A stretch of 56,514 bases of DNA from Acidobacteriota bacterium (GTDB taxonomy: Bacteria; Acidobacteriota; Vicinamibacteria; Vicinamibacterales; Vicinamibacteraceae), in NCBI GenBank assembly GCA_044508265.1, contig JBIQIB010000011.1, positions 1-56,514 on the forward strand, given 5' to 3'. Of the stretch, positions 26,401 to 35,923 are shown piece after piece; position 1 is the first letter of the stretch, and each line of letters starts with the position of its first letter. The notes beneath the pieces were generated by a model, which saw nothing but the letters and a program-made list of their open reading frames with translations, had not been told where the DNA came from and did no database searches. The position numbers and the translations under genes were made by a program.

Positions 26401-28313
26401 CGGCGATCGAGCGCATGGCCGAGCGCGTGTCGGAGGCGACCGCACGCCTCGCGCTAGCTCGTGAGGCAGGCGCGCCCGAGGGCGACATCCTGTTCCTGAC
26501 GCAGGCCGTCATAGCGGCCGAGCGCGAACTGACGGCAGCGATCGAGGCATCGGGCGGCGCGCGCCGGGCGAACCTAGAGGCGATCCGTGAGCAGTTGCGC
26601 GCGCTCGATGCCCTGCGCGTCACCGAGCTAGAGGTGTCGCCTAGCGACAAGCGCCTAACGCTGCCGAAGATCGAGACGCCGCGCATGGACGAGGGGCCGC
26701 TCGCCGAGGTGCTGCGCATGGTCGAGGCCGTCGAGCAGGCCGAGGCGCGTCTACAGGCGGTCGAGCTATCGGTCGGCGTCGACAGCGATGCAGCGCAGCG
26801 CGCGCGCGAGGAACTGGCGTCGGTTCGTGAGGCAGCCGAGAGTACGCGTCAGGCGTTCGCGACGCGCATGCTGTCGCTGCGCGAGTTCCTGCCTGCCGAC
26901 GACTTCGCCCTCGTCATGGCGAAGTTCAACGAGGGCTGGTCACGTATCGAGGCCGGCGCGGACGACAGCGCGGACTCGATCGACGGCATGCGCGACGCAA
27001 TCCGCGCGGCGGCGCAGGGTGGCCGTGGCCTGTTGCAGATAGCGTCAGGCATCGACGCGGTGAGCGACAGCACTCGTCAGGCGATCGACGGCATGCTCTC
27101 GCTCGCCGAGGCAGCGGAGACGGCCTACGGCATACTGGCGAACAGTGCGGACCTGAACACGTTCACGGACCTGTTTAGGAGCGTGTCCGGCGTCGCGTCC
27201 GTCCTCGGCATGATCGGCGGCGCCGTGTCGCTCATCAGCAGCCTCACGGGTGGGCCGTCGCCGACCGAGGTGCTGATCGACAAGAACAACGAGGAACTCG
27301 CTAGGCTGCGCGCCGAACTGTCGAACGTGCGCGGCTCGTTCCGCGACATGGAAACCGGCCTCGGTGCGTCGGCCGGCGTCATCGCTAGGTGGAGTGCCGA
27401 CATGTTCGACAGCACGCGCGGACCGGGCGCCCTGAGCGGCCTGCGGCGCGACATTGTCGATCAGGAACTCGCGAAGCTAGGGACGACATTCGCAGACGTT
27501 AGGCGCACCGCCGAGCTATTCGGCATCACGCTCGTCGACGCGAAGGGCAACATAAGCCCGCTCGCGTTCCTGCAACTGTCCGAGGCGCTAGACCTAGCTC
27601 GTCAGGCAGCGCTACGCCTAGGCGACGACCTGTCCTCGATCATTGGCTTCGAGCAGGTGCGCGCCGAACTGTTCGGCATGGAGGGGCCGGCCGAGGCGTG
27701 GCGTCAGGCGATCGTCGGCGCCGAGCGGCTGTTCAACGACGAGGTAGCGCAGGTAATGCGCGGCTTCGACATCGACACCGACGCCGGTCGTCAGGCAGCA
27801 CGCGAGTACCTGCAGACGCTGTTCACCGCACTTGAGGACGACGCGCTCGCCCTGCTCAGCGGCACGCGCTTCCGCAGCGCCGACGAGTTCCTAGAGTGGC
27901 TGCGCGCCGCGAACGACCCGCTGCGCGACCTAGCGGAGGCGGCGTCAGACGTGGCGGGCGAAATGCGCAACATCCCGGCCGGCTACAAACTCGATCGCGC
28001 ACGCTTCGACTCGATGATCGAGGAGTTCCCCGAGATCATTCGTCAGGCAAAGGAGGCGGTGAGCAGCCCGGTGCCTGACGCGCGCGTGCCGCGCCCCGAG
28101 TACCGGGTGCCGGAACTGCCCGACGGCCCGCGCCGCGAGCCGGGGCGTGCGTCGTCAGGCCCCACGGTCGTGCTGCGCGTCGAGAACATCGCAGTCGACG
28201 CTAGGGACCGCTCGATTAGCGAGGTGTTCGACGAGTTGCAGGACTACGCGAAGCGCAAGGCGGTCGAGACGATGGGCGACAGCGCGCGCGCGAACGAGGT
28301 GTGGAGTCTGTGA
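23439..28313 (+). CDS. tape measure protein
   Basis: 1624-aa Ala/Glu/Arg-rich coiled-coil protein with hydrophobic Gly-rich segments (GVASVLGMIGGAVSLISSLTGG), in the canonical position. Confidence 0.9.
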   Translation: MADERLIIAAEVDPRGVQRGMAAVMQEIRGAASGVGAALSRVRIDADTLFPREVRDAAAEEGRAIAEAVIESVAETTRSGRGVLSEAGNSLGEVVGEGITDTMADVVEGGQRRIAELIRGITRELATAAPTQAAAVRVSAADLTALQQLVAEQEEARASGEAAASSVETLVAALEALGTVSSAGEPAVRGVRTALESLDGALADVNLGEPVVDVGALTRFAALYAESLGGALGPAMTAEGEALGSALTAGITAGLRDAVAAAEAARAAMAASRAGEGMDPAPIAAQTARGAAEAAIQATESAIDAARQAGRMDLLDPAQAARDAAEAGAAAGQAAGQSFAAMTADEVRAAREALAAEAAAFDTSRRGIVAEEDIAALRAMTAELLEVARNTKGAEVEVLALEQAMASLTAASPNVMRMSTDMKASIAGMQQAFSEARRAQLEIIAAVQALPDEPTDVDLTGIRDMIVAAREAAMAMEGAEVEAKQLDEALDAIDGTSRRGVQGLKGVASALSEVRAAQIGWMREARASSPDDDTTGLAAVLTAHRRILEIEGERANVATARGRQALSAAELEQAAMAQVRAEMGNEINLLRLRGRVLDGTSSEAIAMWREEAAAIRQQAVEVGAAAEELLKLDLVVQQVEGRLTRMGHGVSGTSKAIDGLTTRTGRFTIQGRAAANAALQIGFAMQAAATNMDTAEGRMRGALQAASAVGLAFGPKGVVVAALAQASIAAMEFANRTTTAEKAAKEYAEELDGVRGAAERTTAALRSLTEQQALVRQFRVRVDLTEAQDSIRELRAEMREMATDDSFVTALRSGSTIRNFVSEIHSATEAHRAGALSLEEYLARVAEIGRRNPHVREHVAEFLALGEALQAAERRAAGLNAETEALRRLQAARPGDTITPLTEALEQQRELNAAREAGGRREAAILSRSIDAWAQYRTSALAPATARYVSFREAMEGTDPVLRTQAAAIRAQAEELERLTTAASDTGTAIERMAERVSEATARLALAREAGAPEGDILFLTQAVIAAERELTAAIEASGGARRANLEAIREQLRALDALRVTELEVSPSDKRLTLPKIETPRMDEGPLAEVLRMVEAVEQAEARLQAVELSVGVDSDAAQRAREELASVREAAESTRQAFATRMLSLREFLPADDFALVMAKFNEGWSRIEAGADDSADSIDGMRDAIRAAAQGGRGLLQIASGIDAVSDSTRQAIDGMLSLAEAAETAYGILANSADLNTFTDLFRSVSGVASVLGMIGGAVSLISSLTGGPSPTEVLIDKNNEELARLRAELSNVRGSFRDMETGLGASAGVIARWSADMFDSTRGPGALSGLRRDIVDQELAKLGTTFADVRRTAELFGITLVDAKGNISPLAFLQLSEALDLARQAALRLGDDLSSIIGFEQVRAELFGMEGPAEAWRQAIVGAERLFNDEVAQVMRGFDIDTDAGRQAAREYLQTLFTALEDDALALLSGTRFRSADEFLEWLRAANDPLRDLAEAASDVAGEMRNIPAGYKLDRARFDSMIEEFPEIIRQAKEAVSSPVPDARVPRPEYRVPELPDGPRREPGRASSGPTVVLRVENIAVDARDRSISEVFDELQDYAKRKAVETMGDSARANEVWSL

Positions 28314-28335
28314 CCATGACGCCTAACAACGCGAG

Positions 28336-28698
28336 GTGCGCGTGCCGTTCCTGACGATAGCGGGCATAACGATAGAGGTCGACGCCACGGGCGCCGAGGA
28401 ACTGGAGGCCGTCCGCACGACCGAGCGTGTGCGCTCGTTCGACGGTTCGTGGCTGACGACCGTTGGCGCCGAGTTTCGCGTCAGGCAGTTCCGGTCGTAC
28501 GAAATGACAGAGACTGCCTACAATGCCCTGCGCGACGCCATAGCGTCCTACGGCGGCGTGCCGCCCGTGGGCGGCGAGGCCATGGGGTTCGCCGACGCCA
28601 CGACGATCGACGCGGCCGTCACCATCACCGGCTCGCCTTACGTCTGGAAGGACGGCGGCGGGTTCGTTCGTGAGGCAGTGATCCGGGTGGAGGAGTGA
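28336..28698 (+). CDS. minor/distal tail protein (by position)
   Basis: 120-aa ORF right after the tape measure; GTG 28336, alternative GTG 28342. Confidence 0.55.
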   Translation: MRVPFLTIAGITIEVDATGAEELEAVRTTERVRSFDGSWLTTVGAEFRVRQFRSYEMTETAYNALRDAIASYGGVPPVGGEAMGFADATTIDAAVTITGSPYVWKDGGGFVREAVIRVEE

Positions 28699-28704
28699 CG
28701 GCGC

Positions 28705-30927
28705 GTGCGTGAGCATACGAGCGGCGAGCGCGACGTCCTGAAAGGGCGGCACTACCGCGTGTGGCGCCGCGCGTTCCTAGCTGACGCGTCAGGCACGTTG
28801 CAGCCGCTGCACAACCTGAACGGCTGCAACTTCCTGCGCCGCGTCGAGTGGGGTAAGGGTCTCGACCAGCCGCTGGTGACGGGCACCCTGACGCTGCGGC
28901 GCGAGGTTGACCGGGGCGGCGTCAGGCACTCGCTGTCACCCCTCATGTCGGCGTCGCCCGAGAACCAGACGACGGGCAGCTATGCGCCGTTCGTGCACCC
29001 GTTTCGCCGCCTCACGGTGTGGACCGCGACGCTGCCTCACGACGTACTGCCTGACGAGGGCGATTGGCGTCAGGTGTTCGAGGGCATCGTCGACGACCCC
29101 GACTTCGGCGGCAACCTGAACGAGTCGCTCGTGTCGGTTCCGTTCCGCGATGCAGGCGCCGTGCTGCTGGACGCGCGCATCACGGAGCGGCGCACGTACT
29201 CCGACAACACGTTCGGCATGCCGGCCGAAGTCGTTATGCGCCAGATACTCGACGACAACGGCTTCGCCGGCGTCGAGCTGGTGACGCCCGTATCGCCCGG
29301 CTGGATCCTCTACGAACGCGTCGTCGAGCCTGACTCGCTGCTCACCGCCCTGCGCGCGATCGCGCTGGAGATAGGCTGGGAGCTTTCCTACGAATGGCAG
29401 GCCGACCACTCGTTCCGCCTGACGTTCTACGCGCCCAACCGCGAGACGGACACGGCGCATACTACGATCGCGCCTAGCGAGTATCTCAACGTCACGTCGC
29501 TACGCCTGCGCGGCACGGACGTTAGGAACCGTGGCGTGGTGAAGTTCTTTAACCGCGACCTGAACACGTGGGACGTTGCCACGTGGGAGCACGCGGGCTC
29601 GGTAGCGCAGTTCGGCCCGCGCCCGATCGAGATAGCGGAGGACCGCGTGCGCGGCGTGACGCGCCGCGTCGAGGCCGAGGCGTTCATCCAGCGCGTGATC
29701 CACGACCTGCACACGCCCGTCGCGGAGCAGGAGATAGAGCTACGCTACTGGTGGCTCGTCTCGTTAGGCGACGTGTACGACTTCGCGCCTAACGGAGTCC
29801 ACTACGACGAGGTACAGCGCTGGGGCGTCGTCGCGTGGCGCCACGTGCTCGATGAGACTACGCGCCGCACGACGATCAGGACGCGCGGCGCGCCGGCCGG
29901 TGCCTATCGACGCTGGCTCGACGCGGCCGGCACGGGACGCCCGCTGCCCGGCGCTGCGGCGCCCGCGATCGAGTCGTTCGGCGAGGCGGCGGCGGCCGGC
30001 GAGAACGGCGACGGCGCCATATGGTACCGCATCCAGTTCGACCCGCAGACGGACACGGTCGCCATTCATGCCGTCACCGGCGAGGTGCTGCCGCTCCCGA
30101 TGCCGGGCGACGCTACGAACATGGAGGCGGTCGTCGTCAGGCGCGGCGACGGCCTGCTCGACTCTGCCCTCGATTGGCGCACCTACGTGGCCGTGGCAAC
30201 CACGCCCGACTACTGGCGCAAGGCGCGCCTAGTTGCGCGCGATCGCGAGGGCCGCGCCGGGCGCATAACGATCGACGAGCGACAGGCGGTGAACGCGATC
30301 AGCGGCGTGTCGCTGCCGCCCGTGACGGGCCTGACGATCACGCGCGCGGGCGACACGAACACCCTGCACTTCACCACGGGCACGGCCGTGACGCCTGACG
30401 AGGAGCTATACCCGGTCGTCTACCTCGTCAGGCGCAACGACATCGTCGTAGCAGAGATACCGGACCCCGGCCCCGGGGCTCAGACGTTCGACGACCCCGG
30501 CCTGCTGGCCGATATCCCGTACAACTACGAAGTGATCCCGTGGTGCCATGGCATCACGAGCACCACGGGCGCAGGCGAGCCACCGGAGGGCGAGATCGAC
30601 GAGCCGGGCGTGCACCCGGACGCGCCCGTGTTCACCGAAGGCACGCCGGTTCTCGGATACACCGACCCGCCGCTACCGGAGATACCGCGCCGCATCATAC
30701 GCCTAGCGTGGACGTGCCCCGACCCTAACGCCGTACGCGTGTCGGTCGAGTACCTAGCCTCGGGCGGCTCATGGGTCGTCGTCACCGCGTCAGGCGACAC
30801 CGTCGCCGGCGCTTGGACGGACCACAACCTGTACCGCCGCGTGTGGCGCCTGCGCTCCTACGACCTAGCGGGCAACCTGCTGCACACGTCGGCCGCCACG
30901 ATCGTTAGTGAGGGACCGCTGCTGTGA
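28705..30927 (+). CDS. large distal tail / baseplate-hub-like protein
   Basis: 740-aa ORF between the tape measure and the fibre-like paralogues. Confidence 0.65.
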   Translation: MREHTSGERDVLKGRHYRVWRRAFLADASGTLQPLHNLNGCNFLRRVEWGKGLDQPLVTGTLTLRREVDRGGVRHSLSPLMSASPENQTTGSYAPFVHPFRRLTVWTATLPHDVLPDEGDWRQVFEGIVDDPDFGGNLNESLVSVPFRDAGAVLLDARITERRTYSDNTFGMPAEVVMRQILDDNGFAGVELVTPVSPGWILYERVVEPDSLLTALRAIALEIGWELSYEWQADHSFRLTFYAPNRETDTAHTTIAPSEYLNVTSLRLRGTDVRNRGVVKFFNRDLNTWDVATWEHAGSVAQFGPRPIEIAEDRVRGVTRRVEAEAFIQRVIHDLHTPVAEQEIELRYWWLVSLGDVYDFAPNGVHYDEVQRWGVVAWRHVLDETTRRTTIRTRGAPAGAYRRWLDAAGTGRPLPGAAAPAIESFGEAAAAGENGDGAIWYRIQFDPQTDTVAIHAVTGEVLPLPMPGDATNMEAVVVRRGDGLLDSALDWRTYVAVATTPDYWRKARLVARDREGRAGRITIDERQAVNAISGVSLPPVTGLTITRAGDTNTLHFTTGTAVTPDEELYPVVYLVRRNDIVVAEIPDPGPGAQTFDDPGLLADIPYNYEVIPWCHGITSTTGAGEPPEGEIDEPGVHPDAPVFTEGTPVLGYTDPPLPEIPRRIIRLAWTCPDPNAVRVSVEYLASGGSWVVVTASGDTVAGAWTDHNLYRRVWRLRSYDLAGNLLHTSAATIVSEGPLL

Positions 30928-31454
30928 CGACGCCGCCCGTCGTCGTCCGCTCATCGCGCAACCGCCCCGCGCTTGAACTGTTCGGCGTCACGGCCGACGG
31001 CCTAACGATGGGGCCACTGCCGGTCGGCGAGAGTGAGACGCCGACGCGCAGCCTGACGATCGTTGGCAACATGGGCGCACTCGACCCGCTCGCCGTCGAG
31101 CGCATGCCGCTAGGCGCGTTCGGCGCGGGGCCGGCCGACATCGGCCTGCCTTACGTCCCGATGTGGGTGAGCGGCTACGCGTGGGCGCGCCTCACGGGCG
31201 AGGTGCGCACAGCCGGCGCGTCAGGCAGTACGTTAGGCATCGAGGCTCGCGTGGCCGGCAGCGGCGACGCGTTCGCCCCGGTCACCGTCGTGCCGGTCGC
31301 CATGCCACTCGATGACGCGGGCCTCGTGGCCTCGCCGTGGGCCGTGCTGCAGGCATGGGCGATCGACGACATAGAGTTCCGCGTTGTCGCGCTAGGCGGC
31401 GACGGCGTGGCCGCGCCGATCCTAGGGAACCTGTACCTGCAACTATCTGCCTGA
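30924..31454 (+). CDS. fibre-module paralogue 1 (N-domain only)
   Basis: GTGA overlap start. The N-terminus VVRSSRNRPALELFG and the C-terminal GGDGVAAPILGNLYLQL are shared with the next two genes. Confidence 0.7.
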   Translation: MTTPPVVVRSSRNRPALELFGVTADGLTMGPLPVGESETPTRSLTIVGNMGALDPLAVERMPLGAFGAGPADIGLPYVPMWVSGYAWARLTGEVRTAGASGSTLGIEARVAGSGDAFAPVTVVPVAMPLDDAGLVASPWAVLQAWAIDDIEFRVVALGGDGVAAPILGNLYLQLSA

Positions 31455-31460
31455 CGACTC

Positions 31461-32876
31461 ATGCTTGTACGATCGACGCGCAACCGGCCCGCGCTTGAAC
31501 TGGCCGGCATCGAGTCGCTAGGCGTAGGCGAGGGCATGACGCCGCCCACGGCCGGCGGCGTCATGCGCATCCCTGACAGCATCACGCTACTGGAGGCGGC
31601 CGACACGCCGGACCCGATCACGTTCGACGCCGGCTGGGAGATGCGGCACGACGTCCCGTCGGCCGCCTTCGACTGCACCGGCCACCGCGTTGCCCGGCTA
31701 GTGGCTCACGTGGACGCGGCCGGTCCCGTGGGCGCGGCGTTCATACTCATGTACCGCCCGTTAGGCAGCGGCCGCACGTGGCTGCGCGCCGGCGCGGTGG
31801 AGATGGTCGAGGTGGCGCTCGACCGCACCGGCGTCGTCATAGGCACCGACGTCCCGCTGCATGACGCGTGCACGGGTGACTGTGAATTCCGCCTCGTGTC
31901 CAAGGGCGGCGACGGCGCGACGCCGGTCGTCGTCAGGTGGCTGGCCGTCCAGTTCTTCGGCGTGTCGGTGGGCGTGCCGGAGGGGCCGGAGGAGGGGTGC
32001 CTGCTGCCTGACGAGGGGTGGAAGTACCACGAGGACTACACGAACCTCGCGACGCTCGACGACCTGTGGACGTGGACCGATCAGCGGCCGCAGGGCATGT
32101 ACGCCGGCGGCGCGTGGGATGAGCCCTACAACGCGCATCTAGACAAGGTGGTGACCTATGCCGGGCACCCCACGGTACTAGGTCGCCGTGACGGGGCCTA
32201 CGCGCCGGCGTGGCCGCTCTACTGGGTGTCGTCGCCCGTGGCCGGCGGGGCTCACGACGTGACGCGCCGCATGCGCGCGCGCATCATCATCAAAATGTAC
32301 CCCGGCATCGTCACCGACCCGACGACCGCGTTCGGCGCGGGCAACCGCGACCCGTTCAACATCCTAGACTTCCGCTATCGGATCACCGGCGGCGGTCAGG
32401 CGTGGAGCGTTAGGCTGGGCGTACACTGGATCGCCGCGTTAGGCGAGGACCGCATGATCCTCACGATGGGCGCGCAGCTATCGACGCAGATCGTGGACCT
32501 AGGCCCGGCCACCGACTTCACCGACGGCCAGTGGCGGGACTACGACCTGACGGTCGACGTACACAACGGCGTCGTGCAGGGGCACCTGCGCTACGGGCTG
32601 GCGTGCATGCCTGACGAGTCGCGCACGCTGATCTCGACCCGCGTGCCTCAGACGTTCCCGAACATGGCGACGGTCGACAGCGTGACGTTCACGCGCTGGG
32701 GTGGGCCGACGGGCGGCGGGCCTAGCGAGGCGTCGCCGGGGCCGGGCGTGTGGCGCATCGCCGAATGGGCACTGGACTGGGGTAACCACATCGACCTTCC
32801 GCCGCTGCCGGGCTCGTACATCTACGGCCTCGCCCTCACGTTAGGCATGAGGCAGCCGACGGTGAGTAAGACGTGA
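31461..32876 (+). CDS. fibre / receptor-binding-like paralogue 2
   Basis: It has MLVRSTRNRPALELAG, a shared about 170-aa N-domain, and a C-terminal domain related to paralogue 3 (YHEDYTNLATLDDLWTW, WRIAEWALDWG). Confidence 0.7.
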   Translation: MLVRSTRNRPALELAGIESLGVGEGMTPPTAGGVMRIPDSITLLEAADTPDPITFDAGWEMRHDVPSAAFDCTGHRVARLVAHVDAAGPVGAAFILMYRPLGSGRTWLRAGAVEMVEVALDRTGVVIGTDVPLHDACTGDCEFRLVSKGGDGATPVVVRWLAVQFFGVSVGVPEGPEEGCLLPDEGWKYHEDYTNLATLDDLWTWTDQRPQGMYAGGAWDEPYNAHLDKVVTYAGHPTVLGRRDGAYAPAWPLYWVSSPVAGGAHDVTRRMRARIIIKMYPGIVTDPTTAFGAGNRDPFNILDFRYRITGGGQAWSVRLGVHWIAALGEDRMILTMGAQLSTQIVDLGPATDFTDGQWRDYDLTVDVHNGVVQGHLRYGLACMPDESRTLISTRVPQTFPNMATVDSVTFTRWGGPTGGGPSEASPGPGVWRIAEWALDWGNHIDLPPLPGSYIYGLALTLGMRQPTVSKT

Positions 32877-32886
32877 GGCAGACGAC

Positions 32887-34200
32887 ATGCTGATTCGCTC
32901 CGCGCGCAACCGTCCGGCGCTGGAGGTGGCCGGGGCCGAGACGCCGGTCGTCGGTGGCGGCTCGCCTGCGCCCGTGCCTATCGCCGCCGGCCTGCCGCCG
33001 AACACGATCTCGCTGTTGCCCGGCCGCACGGTGCGATCGTTAGGCGCGATGGCGGGCGCCGAGGTGCCCGTCGGCCTGCCCACCGCGCGATATGACGCGA
33101 CGCATTACGCGGCGGTGCGGATCATAGTCGAGCTACGCACGCCGGCCGCGTCAGGCACATCCCTCGTCCTGCACTACCGGCGCGTGGACGCGGGGCCGTC
33201 CGCGCTGTGGGCATCGGCCGGCGCGCCGAACCCGGCCTCGGTGAGGATCGACCGCGCGGCTAACCTGACGTTCGCGTCGGCCGCGGTGACGCTCGCGCCT
33301 GACGCGGCGGCGGACTGCGAGTGGATGATCGTCGGCGTCGGCGGCGACGGCGTGACGGTGCCGGAGGTGCGGAACGTCTATATCCAGTTCGTGCCTAACG
33401 CGGCGCCGACGCGCACGCCGTGCACCGACTACGACGGCTGCTCGCTGGAGACGTTAGGCCACTACCACGAGGACTGGTCCGAGTGGTCGACGATCGAGGA
33501 GTTCGAGGCGTGGCAGAACGACGAGTGGCGACCGCCCTACTCGTTCTGGTACGGCTGGGGCTTCCGCAACTGCGAAATCGACACGTGCAACACGTACAAC
33601 GGGCACCCGGTCATGGTGAGCCGGCGCGACCCGTTGCAGGACTTCACGAACGCCGGCTGGTGGGCCGACATGGTCGACTCGTCGGAGAACTACGTGCAAG
33701 CCTCACGCGTGGCGGCGGCGGTGATTGTGAAGTTCGACCCGGACTTCTACGTGCCTGACGACGACGAGATGGGCCTCACCATCATTCAGGTGTACGACTC
33801 CGGCCCCGGCTTCGACTACTTCATTCCCGGCATGTACCTGCGCCACGACGGCCTGTGGCTCAACGTGTGGCGCCGCTCGCCGCACCCGGGGCACCTAGTC
33901 AAGATGGCGACGCGTGAGCAGGTGTGCGACGGCACGTGGAAATACATCGACGTCAGGTGCGACGTGAGTAAGGAGAACTCGTCAGGCGTCGCCTACGGCA
34001 TCTTCGGCGACGCGTGCGGCCCGACAATCTACCGGACGATCGCCGCGAACGACGTCGTCGACCCGAGGCACATGAGTAACTTCGACTTCTTCAACCCGAC
34101 CTACTGGGTCGGCGGTGCACCGAAGGCGTACGAATACCGCATCGCCGAGTGGGGCATGCGGCACGGCAGTGTGATTATCTTGCCTGACGACGATGAATGA
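32887..34200 (+). CDS. fibre / receptor-binding-like paralogue 3
   Basis: It has MLIRSARNRPALEVAG, the shared N-domain, and a C-terminal domain with YHEDWSEWSTIEEFEAW and YRIAEWGMRHG. Confidence 0.7.
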   Translation: MLIRSARNRPALEVAGAETPVVGGGSPAPVPIAAGLPPNTISLLPGRTVRSLGAMAGAEVPVGLPTARYDATHYAAVRIIVELRTPAASGTSLVLHYRRVDAGPSALWASAGAPNPASVRIDRAANLTFASAAVTLAPDAAADCEWMIVGVGGDGVTVPEVRNVYIQFVPNAAPTRTPCTDYDGCSLETLGHYHEDWSEWSTIEEFEAWQNDEWRPPYSFWYGWGFRNCEIDTCNTYNGHPVMVSRRDPLQDFTNAGWWADMVDSSENYVQASRVAAAVIVKFDPDFYVPDDDEMGLTIIQVYDSGPGFDYFIPGMYLRHDGLWLNVWRRSPHPGHLVKMATREQVCDGTWKYIDVRCDVSKENSSGVAYGIFGDACGPTIYRTIAANDVVDPRHMSNFDFFNPTYWVGGAPKAYEYRIAEWGMRHGSVIILPDDDE

Positions 34201-34259
34201 ATAGGCGCGCCTAACAGTCAGAGACCTAACGACCGACGAGACTAGCGAGGTGCGACGAC

Positions 34260-34772
34260 ATGCCCGAGAACCGACAGTGTGACCCTGACGACGGCAGCGG
34301 CCGGGGCGGCATCATGCGACCGGGGCCGGGCGAACACCTAGGCTACGCGCGCCGCACCGACCCGCCGCGCGGCTCATGGGCCGCACGCCTGAACGAGAAG
34401 GTCAAGCCTTGGGCGGGGCTCATCGTCACGGCCGGCACGCTGTGCGGCGCCGTGTGGGCCGTGCTCCTGACGTTAGGGTTCAGCCTCACGCGTCCGTCGG
34501 ACGAGATGACCGACGTGCGTGCGCGCGTCGCCGCGCTGGAGGTGGCGGCGGCCGAGGCAAGGGCGCAGCAGGAGCAGTCCGCGCAGTTCCTGCACGCGCT
34601 CGTGAGGGCCGAGTGCATCGCGCTTCGGCGCGGCGACAACGACCTAGCCGTTGCGCTCACCGTGCTGCCGTGCGACGAGGTGTTCCAGTACTGGCCGACT
34701 CGCCCCGCGCCTAACGCCGCTGCGCCGGCCCCGGCCATACCGCGCGTAGTGCCTGACGCGCGGGGGAGGTGA
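34260..34772 (+). CDS. membrane protein, possible holin/lysis accessory
   Basis: One TM helix (GLIVTAGTLCGAVWAVLLTLGF) followed by a coiled coil, at the head of the lysis-like cassette. Confidence 0.45.
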   Translation: MPENRQCDPDDGSGRGGIMRPGPGEHLGYARRTDPPRGSWAARLNEKVKPWAGLIVTAGTLCGAVWAVLLTLGFSLTRPSDEMTDVRARVAALEVAAAEARAQQEQSAQFLHALVRAECIALRRGDNDLAVALTVLPCDEVFQYWPTRPAPNAAAPAPAIPRVVPDARGR

Positions 34773-34776
34773 CGCC

Positions 34777-35631
34777 ATGCCGGATACGATCGTCGAGGTG
34801 GCCGGCGTCAGGCACGTGGCCGTCCTCTCGGTGCACGGGATCGGCGAGCACGGCGAGGGCTGGAGCGACCTGCTGCGCCTAGGCGTCGAGCGCGAGGTGG
34901 CGCGCCGCTACCCGGGCGGCACGCTGGCCGTCACGTGGCGCGAGGTCTGTTGGGGCGAGATCATCGCGCGGCGCATGCGGCGCATACAGGCGGCCCTTCG
35001 CGGTCGTCAGGTGCCGACCTATGTGCGCCGCTGGATGGACGACTTCATGCCTGACGCGGTCAGCTATCGTGAGGCATACGACGAGATACACGACCTGATG
35101 CACGCGGCGCACGATGCGGCGCGGCAAGAGGTTAGGCGCCGGGCGCATCGTCAGGCTGTCGAGGCCGGCGCGGTGCCTGACGTGGCGCGTGAGGCAGGTG
35201 AGGACGCCGAGGCACTGGCGCCGGTCGTCGTCGTGGGGCATAGTTGGGGAAGCGTGATCGCGGCCGATTGGGTCTACGATCGCCGGTCGTCAGGCGTCGC
35301 CGGCCTCGTCACGTTAGGTTCGCCGATCCGCTGGCTGGTGGCGAAGCTGCCGCCTGATGCTATAGACCCCGCCCGTCCGCCGCTGTGGCTCAACGTGCAC
35401 GACGCATTCGACCCGGTCGCCTCGCCCCTTCGCCCGCTAAGCGCCGAGTACGCGCGCGCGGTCACGGAGGATCGCGAGGTGCGGAACGGAACCTTCCTCG
35501 ATCGCCTGCGCCCGATCGGCGGCGTGAGGCGACACCACAACTACGCATCGACGCCGGCCGTGCATGCGGCGATCGTCGACGTAGTCGCAGCGGCTGCGGC
35601 CTTCGCGCTGCCGCCATCACCTAACGCCTGA
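34777..35631 (+). CDS. alpha/beta-hydrolase, GxSxG esterase/lipase-like
   Basis: VVVVGHSWGSVIA is a nucleophile elbow (GHSWG). VAVLSVHGIG lies near the N-terminus. The gene is adjacent to the endolysin. Confidence 0.55.
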   Translation: MPDTIVEVAGVRHVAVLSVHGIGEHGEGWSDLLRLGVEREVARRYPGGTLAVTWREVCWGEIIARRMRRIQAALRGRQVPTYVRRWMDDFMPDAVSYREAYDEIHDLMHAAHDAARQEVRRRAHRQAVEAGAVPDVAREAGEDAEALAPVVVVGHSWGSVIAADWVYDRRSSGVAGLVTLGSPIRWLVAKLPPDAIDPARPPLWLNVHDAFDPVASPLRPLSAEYARAVTEDREVRNGTFLDRLRPIGGVRRHHNYASTPAVHAAIVDVVAAAAAFALPPSPNA

Positions 35632-35647
35632 CGAGAGGACACGCACC

Positions 35648-35920
35648 ATGGCGCTTATCTATACCGAGTTCAGGGTCGACCGGACCGACGCGCAACGGGT
35701 TTACGAAACAGCCGGCGTGCCGGGGCTGGAGGACTTCATCCGCGCACGCATGGCCGAGTGGGCGTGGCAGTGGTATCACGCGAACGAGGACCGAAAGTAT
35801 AAGGTGCGCGTGCTGTTCTTCCGCTGGTCGGTCAAGGTGAAGAACATCAGGTGGTTCGTGCAACTGATGTTCGGCCCCGACCCGCTAAAGCCTGACGAGC
35901 CGCAGCCCGAGCCGGACTGA
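35648..35920 (+). CDS. hypothetical Trp-rich protein
   Basis: GAGAGGA RBS; locally lower G+C. Confidence 0.55.
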   Translation: MALIYTEFRVDRTDAQRVYETAGVPGLEDFIRARMAEWAWQWYHANEDRKYKVRVLFFRWSVKVKNIRWFVQLMFGPDPLKPDEPQPEPD

Positions 35921-35923
35921 GCG

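Noticed and set aside
25445-26719. Long minus-strand ORFs (for example 25445-26719, 23396-24055, 13902-14624, 49249-50058, 54786-55598, 1318-2013)
   Set aside because: They lie antisense to strong + strand genes (tape measure, portal and others). They encode Arg/Ser/Ala/Pro-rich low-complexity sequence and lack RBS-like starts. This is typical of shadow ORFs in high-GC DNA.
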